Shown here: piece after piece, positions 12,578-26,837 of the stretch
Position numbering within the stretch: position 1 is the stretch's first letter
Layout of the letters: every line of letters begins with the position of its first letter
NCBI RefSeq assembly: GCF_006345805.1
Contig: NC_042998.1
Location: forward strand, 103,726,001 to 103,790,000
Direction: 5' to 3'
Origin: Octopus sinensis
Lineage: Eukaryota
Length of the DNA: 64,000 nt
Notes under the pieces: generated by a model
The model's input: only the letters and a program-made list of their open reading frames with translations
Database searches by the model: none
Told to the model about the DNA's origin: nothing
Position numbers and translations under genes: made by a program

Positions 12578-13191
12578 ACACATACACACACACACACATA
12601 TATATGTATGTATATAGTTATATGTACATATATATATACATATATTTATATACACACACATATATATGTATATATTCATACACTTACATATATATATATT
12701 TAGATAGATAGATAAATAAATAGATAGATAGATAGATAGATGTACATACCAGACCAGAACCCGTCAAAACTAACGACCTCTTCATGAGTACAAAGGCACT
12801 GGGTTTATGTAATGTATGCGTGTATGTTTGTCTTCCCATTTTCTTTTTGAGAAAAAATTTTGACCGGTTCTCTGCTTGGTAATAAGGTTGTGCAACAATG
12901 CATTTTCACGTAATGGTTTATAGTGCAATTCTGCGATGTCTAGCCTGCAATTATGCAGCTTCGGGTTATTGAACAATCCCTCACCAATAACATTCCGTTG
13001 ACGGGAATTGTGGAAATTCCTGTCATATATATTTACAGACATTTATATTTACAGACATACAAGTAGTTGACTACATTGAGACCTATGGGCTAAAAGAATA
13101 ACAGCCACCAAGTTAAAATAGAATCATTCAAATATTGTTGTAGCGGTAAGGAAGGAAAATATATATTCTGTTGTGGAATTCAGCTGCCATC

Positions 13192-13555
13192 AATGCGTAG
13201 CGGTATTTCGTCTGCCGCTACGTTCTGATTTCAAATTCCGCCGAAGTCGACTTTGTCTTTCATCCTTTCGGGGTCGATTAAATAAATACCAGTTACGCAC
13301 TAGGGTCGATATAATCGACTTAATCCGTTGGTCTGTCCTTGTTTGTCCTCTGTGTTTAGCCCCTTGTGGGTAGTAAAGAAATAGGCATTTCGTCTGTCTT
13401 TACGTTCTGAGTTCAAATTCCACCGAGGTCGACTTTGCCTTTCATCCTTTCGGGGTCGATAAATTAAGAACCAGTTGCGTGATGTGGTCGATCTAATCGA
13501 CTGCCCCTCCCCACGCCCCACCCCCCAATTCCGAGCTTTGCGCCTAGATTAGTAA
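13192..13555 (+). mobile_element. SINE family B, dimeric form
   Basis: Two tandem units with B-box GAGTTCAAATTCC and the TTCATCCTTTCGGGGTCGATAAA core. The core resembles the Nin/Deu-type SINE domain (from recall). Confidence 0.85.
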
Positions 13556-13911
13556 AGGAATTCAACTGCCATCTGAACAATAATGGAGTTAGAAAAATAC
13601 AAGAGAAAGAGGACATCGATGGACCATTGATAAGGAGTCCGTAAATTTAGTACTCAAAATACACTTTCAATTTCTTACCTATTATTATTGGAGCAACAGG
13701 ATACATACCATCTCGTGTGGAGCAAAGTATGACTGAACTTCCATTCACGAGGAGAGAACACAACGCAGTCGCAGTATCTAGAACTAACAATCTGCAAGAC
13801 TTTCTTAAGATTTCAAGGATGATGAACAAAAAAAAAATACGTTGTTTCACAGCCTTACTACCAAGCAGAGAGCCGGTCAAAATTAACGAAACCAGTAAAC
13901 AATAAAATAAA

Positions 13912-14630
13912 TATTTGACTGCGGCCATGCTGGAACAATGTCTTTAGTCGAACAAATTGTCCCAAAGACTTATTCTTTGTAAGCCTAGTGCTTATTCTAT
14001 TGTTTTTTTTTACCGAAGCGCTAAGTTACGGAGGACATAAACACACTAACATAGGTTGTCAAGCGATGGTTGGGGACAAACACAGACACACAAACATATA
14101 CAAATATGCACGCACGCACACACACACACACATACATATTTCCGTCAACCAAATCCACTCACAAGGCTTTGGTCTGCACGAAGCTATCATCATCATCATT
14201 GTTCGACCGTAGTCGAGACAATGGAATTTACCATACGCCGACGCCATCATAGACTTCACGGTCCATCATAGTATTACGGAGGTCCTGTTGCTGGATGCCT
14301 GTATCCCTGGAGATTACATCAGGGTAGGAGAGTGTGTGCCCTCTGGCATTGCGAGTAGATGGCTTCCAGAAGAGGAGAGTAGAAATTACCTCTTTTTCAG
14401 CTCTACAACAATGTCCAGCAAACTGGACTCTCCTACCTTTCACAAGAGATGACACAGGTGGTAGTTTCCCATATATTTGCATTTTGGTTGGATGGCGCTT
14501 CCACGAGAGATTTTGAGCTCTCATAACGAAGCTATAGTAGAAGACACTTACCCAAAGTGTCATGCAGTGGGACTGAACCCAGAACCATGTAGTTGGTAAG
14601 CAAGCTACTTAATATACTGCCACTTGTGCG
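13912..14630 (-). mobile_element. SINE family A copy interrupted by an RTE fragment
   Basis: The SINE halves are colinear on either side of the insertion at 14188-14525. Confidence 0.85.
14188..14525 (-). mobile_element. 5'-truncated RTE-type LINE 3' end with (TGA)n tail
   Basis: Translates to IYGKLPPVSSLVKGRRVQFAGHCCRAEKEVISTLLFWKP...DTGIQQQDLRNTMMDREV; 10-bp target-site duplication ACGAAGCTAT at 14178-14187 and 14526-14535. Confidence 0.85.
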
Positions 14631-15137
14631 CGTATAATGATAATGATATAGCCAGTATGGGGCACGAACTCAAGACACTCACGTTATTATATATATATTT
14701 AAAATTAATATAGGCAGCGGTGTGCAATAGATACCTATGGATGATTTAGCAAAAAAAATTATCATCCTGAAAGATATTTCGGGATGATCATTTTTTTAAC
14801 AATATGCATACATAGAGACTTACACAAACAGACATATACATATATGTGTGTGTGTGTGTCTCCATGTATGTATGAGTGTGTATGTGTGTATGTATATATA
14901 TATGTATATGTATATATGTATGTATATATTTACATACATCCACACACATTTAGACATGTGCATAAATGTGTGCCTGGGCGTATGTTAGTGGGCGTGAGTG
15001 GGTGGAGGCGCGCGCGCGTGTGTGTGTAGGGGCGTATTCTTCACACCAAGTATATCAACGAAAAATGCAAATATCTGTGGGAGAACGCATTAAACTTTTA
15101 GATGGAAGGACGGAGATATTCACAATTACGATTATCC

Positions 15138-15512
15138 AAGAACCGAAATTTTGGGGGAGGGGGCCAGTTGATTCGATTGATCACAGTACGCAACTGATAC
15201 TTAATTTGTAAACCCCGTAAGGATGAAAGGCAAAGTCGACCTCGGCGGAATTTGAACTCAGATCGTAAAGACAGATGAAATGCCTATTTCTTTACTACCC
15301 ACAAGGGGCTAAACACAGAGGGGATGAACAAGGATAGACAAACGGATTAGGTCGATTATATCAACCCCAGTGCGTACCTGGTAGTTATTTAATCGACCCC
15401 GAAAGAATGAAAGGCAAAGTCGACCTTGACGGAATTTGAACTCAGAACGTAACGGCAGACGAAATACCGCTAACCATTTCGCCCCGCGTGCTAACGTTTC
15501 TGCCAGCTCACC
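15138..15512 (-). mobile_element. SINE family B, dimeric form
   Basis: Same two-unit structure and junction as 13192-13555, in the opposite orientation. Confidence 0.85.
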
Positions 15513-15544
15513 AAAATTATTATTAAAAAGCGTTTGAATATACT

Positions 15545-15776
15545 TACGAGAGGTTGCTCAAAAGTTCTGGCTTTATGAGTGTCACGAAATGCCTAGTTGG
15601 AGGCCCAACTTTCCGAGTTTTTTGTTTCCTTTTTTTACAGGGCTCAGAAAAAACTGATGGACCGCAACATTAAGTGTGCGAATCTGAGAGGAGAATGAGT
15701 TGCATAAAATCATAATCAACTGATCCTCCTGTATTTTCTTTTACTCAAAGCCAAGAACTTTTCATCACCCCTCCTA
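15545..15776. mobile_element. Mariner-derived MITE
   Basis: Imperfect ~30-bp TIRs (TACGAGAGGTTGCTCAAAAGTTCTGGCTTT / AAAGCCAAGAACTTTTCATCACCCCTCCTA) with terminal TA. Confidence 0.7.
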
Positions 15777-16161
15777 TTAATCCTTTCTTCTATTTGGTTC
15801 TACAATTAGTCTCTTGTTATATTCTGGCAATTTTCAATCAAATAACTGAAATCGACACCAGTACTTAGTTTTCTTTTAAAGCTTATTACTCATTTTCTTG
15901 ATCTCTTTACCGGAATGCTAAGTTATGGGCTGTAAAGAAACCAGAGCAGTAGTCTAGGCAGTGTAGAAGCAAACACAAAGACACAAGCTCATCAACACAC
16001 ATGTGTAGAGAAATGACAAGCTTCTAAACAGTTTTCTGAATCAGATTGCTCCATATGGGATTTTCTCCACTTACCTAAAGTATTATGCAGTGCTATGGAA
16101 CACGAACTCATGTCGTTGCGAAGCGAACTTCTCAACTTAAACACACAGGCATGTCTGCACC

Positions 16162-16250
16162 TATAGATAGATAGACAAACAGACAGACAGACAGACAGAC
16201 GGACGGATATATAGTTACATAGATTGACAGATAGACAGACAGACAGGCAA

Positions 16251-16340
<90 letters not shown>

Positions 16341-16341
16341 C

Positions 16342-16407
<66 letters not shown>

Positions 16408-16549
16408 CGGACAGAAAGACAGAGACAGACAGGTAGCTAGATAGACAGACACACAGATAGACAGACAGACAGACAGATAGACAGACAGATAGACAGACGA
16501 TAGACTGATGGATAGAGAAACAGAGAGACAGACAGAGAGACAGACAGAC

Positions 16550-16628
<79 letters not shown>

Positions 16629-16630
16629 CA
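16162..16630. repeat. (GATA)n/(GACA)n compound microsatellite
   Basis: Direct inspection. Confidence 0.95.
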
Positions 16631-17080
16631 GATATAGATTCAGGTTGTTTTTGGTTAATACCTCTCGGTATTCTTATTATAACTGTAGCAAACAACTAAT
16701 GAATGGTAGCAAACCATAACAAATTAGTATAACCTAACAAGATCCAAACCCTCCTTCAGGATATTTTTGTTAATGTTTTACGGCAATCAATGTTGAGACT
16801 AAATGAACTTCATTGGGAAATAGTTTCTCCGAGTTAGATCCGAAACTTTTCAAGGTTGTATAGGATTACATGGACTCTACTAATTATTTCAATCTTGATT
16901 CCATTATAACAGCTAAATTAGGCGACTCACTAACAGATAGCGGTGTTAACGCAGATGAAGATACAGGTACCCTCTCCACACTCACGCACATCTGTATACA
17001 CACACACAAACACACGCTATATGTAGGTTTTTTATATATATACATGTATTTATGGTTTGTATATATGTATAGTATATATA

Positions 17081-17126
<46 letters not shown>

Positions 17127-17246
17127 CACCTATTTGTTGTTTACACGCCTGCTTCTCTTTGTCTATGTTTTGTTTTGTTTTTTTGTAAATTCTACATATA
17201 TATATAATATATATATTAATATATATATAATATATAATATATATAT

Positions 17247-17286
<40 letters not shown>

Positions 17287-17439
17287 TAGATAGATAGATA
17301 GATAGATAGATAGAAGATTAGATTATAGATTCAGGTTGTTTTTTATTAATACCACTCGGTATTCTGACTATAATTGTAGCAAACAACTAATGAATGGTAG
17401 CAAACCATAACAAATAGTATAACCTAACAAGGTCCAAGC

Positions 17440-17618
17440 GACCGCGTGTGTACCGTTGGCGATTTTTTTCCTCTGTCTTCCCTTCTCTGGATCTTTCCTT
17501 CTCCTATGTTTCCGACGAAGAGCTCCGCTCGAAACGTTAAAGCCTCCTTCTTTCCTGAGCGTCCAATAATACTGTATTTGTTCCACGTCCTCGCGTTGTT
17601 GTGTTTTTTTGTGCTTAA

Positions 17619-17620
<2 letters not shown>
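17440..17620 (+). mobile_element. Short Penelope-related repeat carrying a hammerhead motif (17509-17542)
   Basis: ttt-CCGACGA-a-GAGC(tcc)GCTC-GAAA-cgt-t-aaag; homologous copy at 50340-50545. Confidence 0.7.
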
Positions 17621-17649
<29 letters not shown>

Positions 17650-17878
17650 ACTACTGTTGTGTCTGGGGAGAGTCATTCTCTTTTTGTGCCTTATAATGTA
17701 ACACACTCACCGGTATAATTTCCACTTATTTCTTATTTTTATTTTCCTAAAATTTTCGTTGCGTCTTACAACCTTTTCAATAGTCTTGACTTTCCCCAGA
17801 TACAGCAGAATATGCTTCAACATACGAACTCAAATAAAGAATTTTGCAAACCAAATCCCAAAACGAAATATATAATAT

Positions 17879-17910
<32 letters not shown>

Positions 17911-18488
17911 TCGATTAATAAGAAAAAGGAAAGCCTTTGTTGCATCGTACCTAATTATTCGCACAATGTTTTACTTCACAAAGCCTTTCTATATGACTGC
18001 GAACTTTTTAAAAAAATACTATAACATTTTTTTAAAATATAATATTATCAATATGATTTCAAGTTCTGTAAGTAGGTGATATTTTAAAGTCAGAACCAAT
18101 GAGAGGAGAATATATTTATTTAACTACGTGACATACCTAGGATTATGGCCGTTTCGAATCCTTCTTCATGTAAATATATTTTCAGTGAATAATAAATTGT
18201 TTGTAAGTTTGCATGTTACGCAATACCCAATACAATTCTTTATTCAGAAATCAAAGCAATTAAAGATGCTAACTCATCAAATCACCAAATTACACATACA
18301 CATATATTTATATTTATACATGCAGAAATATATATGTATGTTAAATTCAAATTACGATGACTGTAAGTAAACGAAGTTTGCTTTAGAAGTGTTGAGATGT
18401 CTTAGAAAGTTAAAGAAGTGATTTTAAATTCTCAAACGCAGGATAATGCTAATAATATAGCCTGAACAGGATAAGCTACATCTAAGGT

Positions 18489-18570
18489 GTCGTCGTGGCC
18501 GAGTGGTTAAGGCGATGCACTAGAAATCCATTGGGGTCTTCCCGCATAGGTTCGAATCCTATCGGCGACG
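18489..18570 (+). tRNA. tRNA-Ser(AGA), possibly a pseudogene
   Basis: 82-nt class II cloverleaf: acceptor GTCGTCG/CGGCGAC, D arm, anticodon AGA (18522-18524), variable arm, T arm ATAGG-TTCGAAT-CCTAT, downstream T-run. One C:C mismatch in the anticodon stem (18518/18528). Confidence 0.93.
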
Positions 18571-20362
18571 TTGATAATTTTATCTTGAAATTATAATTTA
18601 TGTAAAAGTAATTTGGAGTTGCGTCTTCATCTCAGAAGGTATTGTAGTCAAAAGCATCGTGAGATTTCTTTACTACACCGATATGACTTCCACAATTATA
18701 CTAAATTTCTGTTGTGGTGCACTGCTGAGCACTGTATACAATAATTTCATTAGTATTATATATTTTGCAGAAAAAAGTGTTGACGGCCGCTTATATATAT
18801 AGGCATATATAGATAATATATAATATATATATATATATATATTCTATATATATATATATCATATACTGTATATAATGCATATATATATATATATCTGTTA
18901 TATATATATAATATATATCTGTATATATATATAATATATCTGTATATATATGTATATATATATATATATTATATATATCATATATATATCTTTATATATA
19001 CATAAATTTATATAATAAGGATAAGATCGTTAGTTAAAATACCGATTTTATCAGGTGCCCAGCATGGTGATGTAGTGAGTGGAATGTTAATCTTGAATGC
19101 ATCATAAAATGGCTTACCTACATTAATGTAACTAAGGATCTGTTCGCTATGGTACTATAAGTGAGTAAGTCGATATCTTCACTGTATCACAGTAATCAAC
19201 ATTTTGTGTTAGGTATCTGCGTTCATCTGATGCCGTTGTCTTCCATTTAGATAGATTATATTCACGATGTTATTTGCTTGTTCTACATTGTTCATGCTAT
19301 TTATTGCTGACATTTCTGTTTTACTGCATTGATAGTATCGCTATAAATCTAACATTTGTGGTATTTTTTCGGCTCTTCACCTTCTGAATTCATACACTAC
19401 CTAGGTAAACTTTGCCTTTGAGACTTTTGAGATCGCTAAATAAAGTACCAATAAATTACTTGGGTCGATATAATTGACTTGCGACCCTCCTCTAAAAATT
19501 GTTGATCTTGTGCCTAAATTAAAGTATCATTATTAGTTTTTTTTTTGTTTGCCACAAATTGCGGTAGATAAAGAAAAAAAATACAAAGAAGGAAGAAAAT
19601 GGGTATCACATACGATCTGGGTAGGAATAAACATGGAATCAAATATGAATTTATATATGTATATATATAAATAGAACTGAATAATATACATTATTACACA
19701 AACGTATATGCCTACACAGAAAGATAGCATAACGCTTGCCATTGACACGTATATGTCACTAACCGTACATAGTCTAATACATAGGAATCTTCTCTCTCTC
19801 TCTTTCTCACTTTCTCTCCCCCACCTCGCACTCTCTCTTCACTATCATTCTTTCTATCTCTCACCTCTTTTGCAAAAGTACGAATATATTTTCGAAACTT
19901 ACTGTGCATTCATTATATACGTATATATGCATACTAAGTATGTACTTACAAATATATATATATACATATATGTGTATGTGTGTGTGTGTGTGTTGTGTGT
20001 GTGTGTGTATGTGTGTATGTACGTATGTATATGTGTGTGAGTATTTATTTATTTATTTTGCGCTCACACACAGATGTACGTATGCGTTTATATGCCTATA
20101 CAGCAGTGTGTATAAGTATATACAAGTTCATTTAGGCACACACACACACATATATGGATTTATGTATATGTATAGATATACATATATATCTGTGTATGTA
20201 CATGCGCATATACACGTCTATATATATATATATATATATAGATATATATAATATATATATAGATATATATAAATACCCTATATATATATATATATAATAA
20301 TATTATATATATATATAATTATATATATATATATATATATACATGTAAATATATGTATATAT

Positions 20363-20400
<38 letters not shown>

Positions 20401-21872
20401 CGTGCATGTGTCCGTGTGGGTATTTCTATACATGTATGTATATGTTGTATGCACATATGCATGCGTGTGCATGTGTGTGCGTGTGTGTGTGTGTGTGTGT
20501 GTAATGACTAAGCTTGATGTAATCAAGGAATTCAAGAAATTATTTCAACGTCGTCGTCGAATAAGAAGGAGGTTCCGTTTTGTAGATTCACTAATGGCCT
20601 CAGTTCAATTTTTCATTTTAACTTTTCTTTAGTTTTCATACCTGCAGCATTCATTGTCTCTTGATTACAAAAGGATGAAATAATAATAAGAATATGGTAA
20701 TGAATATAAAAGAGCCACAGACAATATGAAGTGGCGTGTGATGAGCTAATAGCACTGTAATTAAAGCAGACGAGTTATATCGGTGGCCAGCTATGGAATT
20801 GTTTACGTGGTTATTGTTGTTGTTGTCGTTGATGTTGCTGCTGTTGGTTTCAGATATTGCTTGTGGTTGTGTATATACCTTTGTTGCAGACATTGTCGTT
20901 AATATAGAAATTTTTTTTATTATTACCGTTCTGGTTCTTGCTGTTCTTACTGTTATATGTATTGCCGTTGGTGGTTGACGTTATTGCTGCTAGGGGTCAT
21001 TCTTGTTATTCTGTTGTTGTTTATATTGATAATTTTTGTAAGTTTTCCGAGTGGTAGTTATGATAGTGGTGTTGTTGTTGTTCTTGCTGGTGTACCTAAT
21101 GGTGTTAATGTAAATTATGCTAGCAACCATATTTGTTTTGTTGTCATGTTGATATGAATGTTTTAAGAGATGTTGTTGTTGTTGTTGTTGTTGTTGTTGC
21201 AACTGCTGCTGTCGCTGTTGTCACCTACGTTGTTACTGTAAATATTGAAGCTTATGCTGATACTAATCGTGGTAGCATTTTCTGTTAAAGATGCTGCAGT
21301 TGTAGCTTGCGATGATTGTTATAGTACTGATTGTTCCGATTGTTGCTGGACACTGTCGTTTTCTTAATGGAAAGAATTGTTGGAAATTTTGCTGTGATTA
21401 TCAATAATAAAAATTACATTATTTATAGAGCAGAAAATTATAATAACGTTGATATCATTCATCATGGAATTAATATTAGTTAACCAGACCTTGTCTTATC
21501 TATTGTGCTGTGAATAATTATATATGTATGGCGTACATTGATAAGGTATTCATATTTCTGTTGCACCCAATTTAAGTTTATACTCAGATAATGTCGACAT
21601 TTAGGTTTACCAAATTTCTTTGGAAGAACTTCTTATCTCTGATCCTATTTACGTAGTTGTAAGCAGCATGATATGACCGGGGGCTACACAGAAATAACTG
21701 GTAAGAGGTGTGTGTATACTATATTATTAAGGAATGATTCTTTATCTTGCTGTGCAAAGTTCAAATTCTATCAGTAAAAATCCTTAAGAAAATAGGGGAT
21801 GGTCATGTTTTCTTGATTAGGATATGACCGGCGACTACACCGAAATAACAAGTAAAAGGTCTGTGTATACTA

Positions 21873-22733
21873 CATGGTGTTCCAGAAGTCTTGGGCACAT
21901 TTCAAGTCCTCATATTTGCTGGACTTTGATTGGTAGTAAGATGAAACTGGTACCATTTTAAAGTTAAATTCATTTGTTTTGTAATGCTAATGATTTTTTC
22001 ATATTTTTTCAGATCCAGTATTGGCGTTCACTCAACCAGAAAACACTTGTTCAACGTGCATTTCGCACAAAATTCCGAAAAGAGGCACCAGAAAGGAAGT
22101 CCATGTTGAGATGACATGGTAAATTCATGAAGGGTGGGTGTTTGTGCCCAGCTAAGAGAACGGGACGCCCCTCATCTTCAGATGATACGGTTGAGCGAGT
22201 TCGAACTGCCTTCGAGCGGGGCCCCCGTAAATCGATCAGAAGAGCCAGTAGGGAACTTCAGCTTCCCGCAACAACTGTTTGGCGTATCTTAAAAGGAAGA
22301 CTGCAGATGACACCTTACAAGCTACAGTTAGTACAACAGTTGCAGGACGCAGATAAACCAGTTCGTCGTGAATTTGGTATCACAATGCAAGAGAAGTTGG
22401 AAAATGACGGATTTGATGACCGGCTTGTTTTTAGCGATGAAAGGATTGGGCTATGTGCCTCCCCTTCCAAAAGACGTGAATGAACTGAAGGCCCGAATAA
22501 CGAAAGCTGTTGCAACCATCGACAACGTAATGCTGGAATGCGTTTGGCAAGAATTGGATTATCGGTTTGATGTGTGCTGTGTGACTTACGGTGCTCACAT
22601 TGAACATATTTGAACACTCCATAAAAGATTTGAAATTGCAGGCTTTCAGAATATATCAGATACGTTTTTATGTCCTTAATAGTTTTCGAGATATTCAATG
22701 TCAAAATATGCCCAAGACTTCTGGTACACCCTG
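21873..22733 (+). mobile_element. Internally deleted Tc1/mariner (maT/DD37D-like) DNA transposon
   Basis: ~30-bp TIRs with TA duplication. HTH region RTGRPSSSDDTVERVR...LVFSDE is joined directly to the C-terminal PPLPKDVNELKARI...GAHIEH, so the catalytic core is missing. Confidence 0.9.
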
Positions 22734-22806
22734 TATATTATCCACAATTGCTTCGTTACCTTGCTGTGCAAAGTTGAAATTCCATCTGTAAAAGTAAGGG
22801 AACAAT

Positions 22807-23230
22807 ACGAGGTCTGATCAATAAGTGTCAATAAGTTGCTATAGTAACGAAGCTAAAGCACGCAGCGTGAAGCCGTTTCCCAAAGATTGATCTTGAACTC
22901 TGTTGTGAATGCGCATTAAAGTGCAATAAGTTTTAACGTTCATGCTCACTTCCGATGTTTACAGCAGTGCGTTGAAGGAAGGTGTGTAGCGTGTGATCGT
23001 CGCATTGACCATGACCGAGAAAGCTGTCATGGCGTTACCTGCTCAGAGGTCTACGCAAAGCTGCATAAATTGTATGAGCCGCACACAATTGTACGAGTGG
23101 TTCAGACATTTCCAAGTTGGCTGGCAAAAATGATGATAGTGACGAACGTTCTGGGAGAGCAGCAACCAGCAGAATTTAGACAAACATCGCGGATGTGCGT
23201 GCAGCTGTGAGAGAAACTCGTCGAAATTAT
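22807..23230 (+). mobile_element. 5' fragment of a mariner element
   Basis: TACGAGGTCTGATCAATAAGT TIR-like start; degenerate N-terminal HTH (QLYEWFRHFQVG...DERSGRAATS). Confidence 0.7.
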
Positions 23231-23685
23231 TTAATATAGAATTGGGAGATGACGGAGAATTTGCAGTATCATGACGTCAGCTCCTTACATTCTAAGTTCA
23301 ATTCTCGCTGAGCTCAGCTTTGCATCTAACCCACCCGAATCCCATAAAATGAAGTCACCCCCCCATCCCCAGTCGAGCAAACCTCTGAACAGAAACATTT
23401 TAATGCTGACCATTTTCGTTTATTCTTTTCTTTAAGGAATATTGATTCCGAACTAAATTATTCGAGTTGGTTTTATTTGAGATAAAATGTTGTTACTAGG
23501 GAGAGATTTAGCTGATATTTCTAGCAGTTCAAAGAATGAGGCCGCAGAAGTGTCAGTTAGAGGGTATATATACTGTATCCTTTATCAAGGCAGTATGGTG
23601 GTATTTAAGGTAGAATTGGCTGTTATATTTAGCAGAACTAGCGACCACATAGAGCCTTCTCCTGTGGCTGACTACTTTACTACTT

Positions 23686-23720
<35 letters not shown>

Positions 23721-24696
23721 AACAGCATTACATTTATTACTTCCTGTTTTCTTAGTGTAATAAAACATGAAAGATCGTAAAGTGAGTTGTTGTTGTCGTC
23801 ATTAGTGTAGTTGTCTATTTAGTTTTTGTTTTTGTTTAATTCATTGTTTAATCATTGGTTTGCCTCTATGTACTTAAGTACAAAGCTCAACTTTGTAGCT
23901 GTCTATTTTATATCGCGTTAGAGTGATGATAGGTAAAAGTGGACATCCGGCCTGAATTGAACCCAGAGTATAGACGATTTTACTAAAATGCCTGACGTGG
24001 ATGACCGAACGAGGCAGCTTCTACGTTAGCCTCAAGCTAGATCGGCAGGAAATGGCGGACAAATACCCTTTAAAATCACATCCTCAAATTCTCAACAGCA
24101 TAGGGAATGGTCAGGTCTGGATCAAATGTTTTCTCAATTAGGATAGGACCGGGAACTACACAGAACAACTAGCAATGGCCCCTGAAAAATGAAATGTAAA
24201 TGACGCTTGATAGTATTGGAACGCAAAATTCTGTAACGTAACTGACATCACAAACAAAGTTAATAAGTTCTGAAGTTGATATAAGGCCACGTATAATGGA
24301 AAATAAGAATCCCAGTTTTATGGCATATACAGATGGCTCAATAGTCGATTATATAGACCCCATAGATCCCAAGTACGTAACTGCTATTATATTTTAGTAA
24401 TTGACAAAAGGCAAGTAAGATTTTGACAGGATTTGAAAAGAGAATGAATATCAAGAACGGTCCTTGTTTTGATACTGAAAGACATTATGTTATACCCATT
24501 ACTGTCATTTCTAGCAACCATTATTCTTGATCATAAAACAATAATAACTTGTAAAATAGATGGAAGGAGTCTACATTTTAACCTTTTTTTGCGCGATGAA
24601 ATGCATAATTGTTTGTAATAAGTGATTGGTACTGATTATTTTAACGATGAAATGAGATGTTTCAAGTTGAATTGGAATAAACAACATCTTTTATTT

Positions 24697-25090
24697 TATA
24701 CTTGTTTCAGTCAATTGCCTGTGGCCATGGTGAGGTACTGACTTGAAGAATTTTTTTTTGGAATGAATCAACCCCAGTACTTATTTTTTTGTTAAACCTG
24801 GTACTTATTCTATCCATGCCTTTTGCCGAACCGCTAAGTTACGGGACATAAATGTACCAGCATCTGTTGTCAAGCGGGTGAGGGGTGGGGCAAACACAGA
24901 CATAATGACCATGACACACCTACATAGATTACATATACGACGGGCTTCTTTCAGTTTCCGTCTACCAAATTCCCTCACAAAGATTTGGTCGGGTGAGGCT
25001 ATAATAAAAGACACTTGCTCAAGGTGTCACGCAGTAGGACTGAACTCGGAGATATACGATTAGGAAGCAAGCTTCCTACCACACGGCCAA
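24697..25090 (-). mobile_element. SINE family A (diverged)
   Basis: Colinear homology to 9718-10100. Confidence 0.85.
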
Positions 25091-25707
25091 CAGGCGTATC
25101 ATGTATAAGAAAGGTGCCCCTATGAATCCAATAGAGTTGCTAGAAAAACTACACGAAATCTTTGAAAAGTTGCACGTTGCTGTCTTCAAAAATGAAAGAA
25201 ATATTAGATAATGTATTCCTAGATACATAATGCTAGAGAGAAAAACGTTATGTTTATGTTAACAATGATTTTGTTCTTGGGTTTGCTCAGTCATGGGTGA
25301 TCATCGTCTAAGCCGCAACAATAGCCTCAAAGCATTTTGTTCGGTGCTTTTCTAGATCGGTGTTTTTCCAGATTGGCTTTGCAGGTAAGGGCATGATCGT
25401 TTACGTGGATCCAACTACTTATATGTATTATAAAGGGAGGTAACTTGAGTACTAAGCGATATTTTGTCTAGCGATTTACCATCGCCGATGGATATAAAAG
25501 ATAATTATAGTATTTCAAAATGTTACAAAATATATACAAAAAGGGGGAAAAAAACATACAAACGTTCAAATAGCCATCATCTTGATTGTTCTTTACCGAA
25601 TTTGTTACACTAACTCAAGCTAGTACAATTAAATAATTACAAAGAAACACAAATACATGCATACATACATAAGTACATACATACATGAATTATGTGTATG
25701 TGTATTC

Positions 25708-25791
<84 letters not shown>

Positions 25792-26327
25792 CACACACAC
25801 TTATATATTCGAATACATATATATTTATATACATACACAACATGCACACGCGCACACATACATAGATACATATATACATACATACATACGTACATAGACA
25901 CACACACATACACACACACACACATATACTAACAAAAAGTAAAGAAGTAAAATACGGTTAATCCACCTCTAAAGCAGGGATTAAATATCATAAATGATAA
26001 TCATAACGACACTAATTATAAGAGTGTAGAGGAAGCACAAGATTAGTGTGTATTTTTTTTTTTTTTTTTTTGTGAATCTGCAACAAGGCTGGATTATTTC
26101 GTCGACTGTAAATAAAACAAAATATAACGATAACGAAAAGAAAAAAAGATTAAAAAATATATGAACAGGAGGAAATGAGATGCTTAATGAGAGAGGTTTA
26201 GGCTGAGGAGACGAAATTCATTTAATCATGTAAATTAAAAGATGAATAGACAGACATGCAAACGAGCTGATGGTACTCATATATACATATATATATATAC
26301 ACAACCACGACACTCATTCTCTCCCTC

Positions 26328-26358
<31 letters not shown>

Positions 26359-26806
26359 TTCTCTCTCTCTCTTTCTCTCTCACTCTTCCTTTTCGGCCAT
26401 GAGATTTTAGATGTCCGATCAATTGAAATACCAAAGCTTATTGAATTAGACTATAAGTGGCAGAGTACTCCGCACATACAAGTACTCTTAATGTAATTCT
26501 CAAGCGAAATCAGAGTGAGATAGTGTGAGACTAAGACAGACCCTTGGACTATGGACACGATCCATCCAACGAATTTCCAGAAGGTATAGATCGACACATG
26601 ATTACAATAAAAGACATTTACCTAATATACTTCTAATATACATGGATTTAGATGTATATACATGAAATATGTATGTATGTATGTATTATATACACACACA
26701 CACACACAAACACACACATATATATATATATATTATATATATATAATTGATAGATAGATAGAATAGATAGATAGATAGATAGATATATATGTATATATAT
26801 ATATAT

Positions 26807-26837
<31 letters not shown>

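Noticed and set aside
20651-21360. Asn/Gln/Thr-rich minus-strand ORFs, one with a hydrophobic C-terminus
   Set aside because: Decayed (AAC)n-type low-complexity sequence: all frames look similar and are broken by stops.
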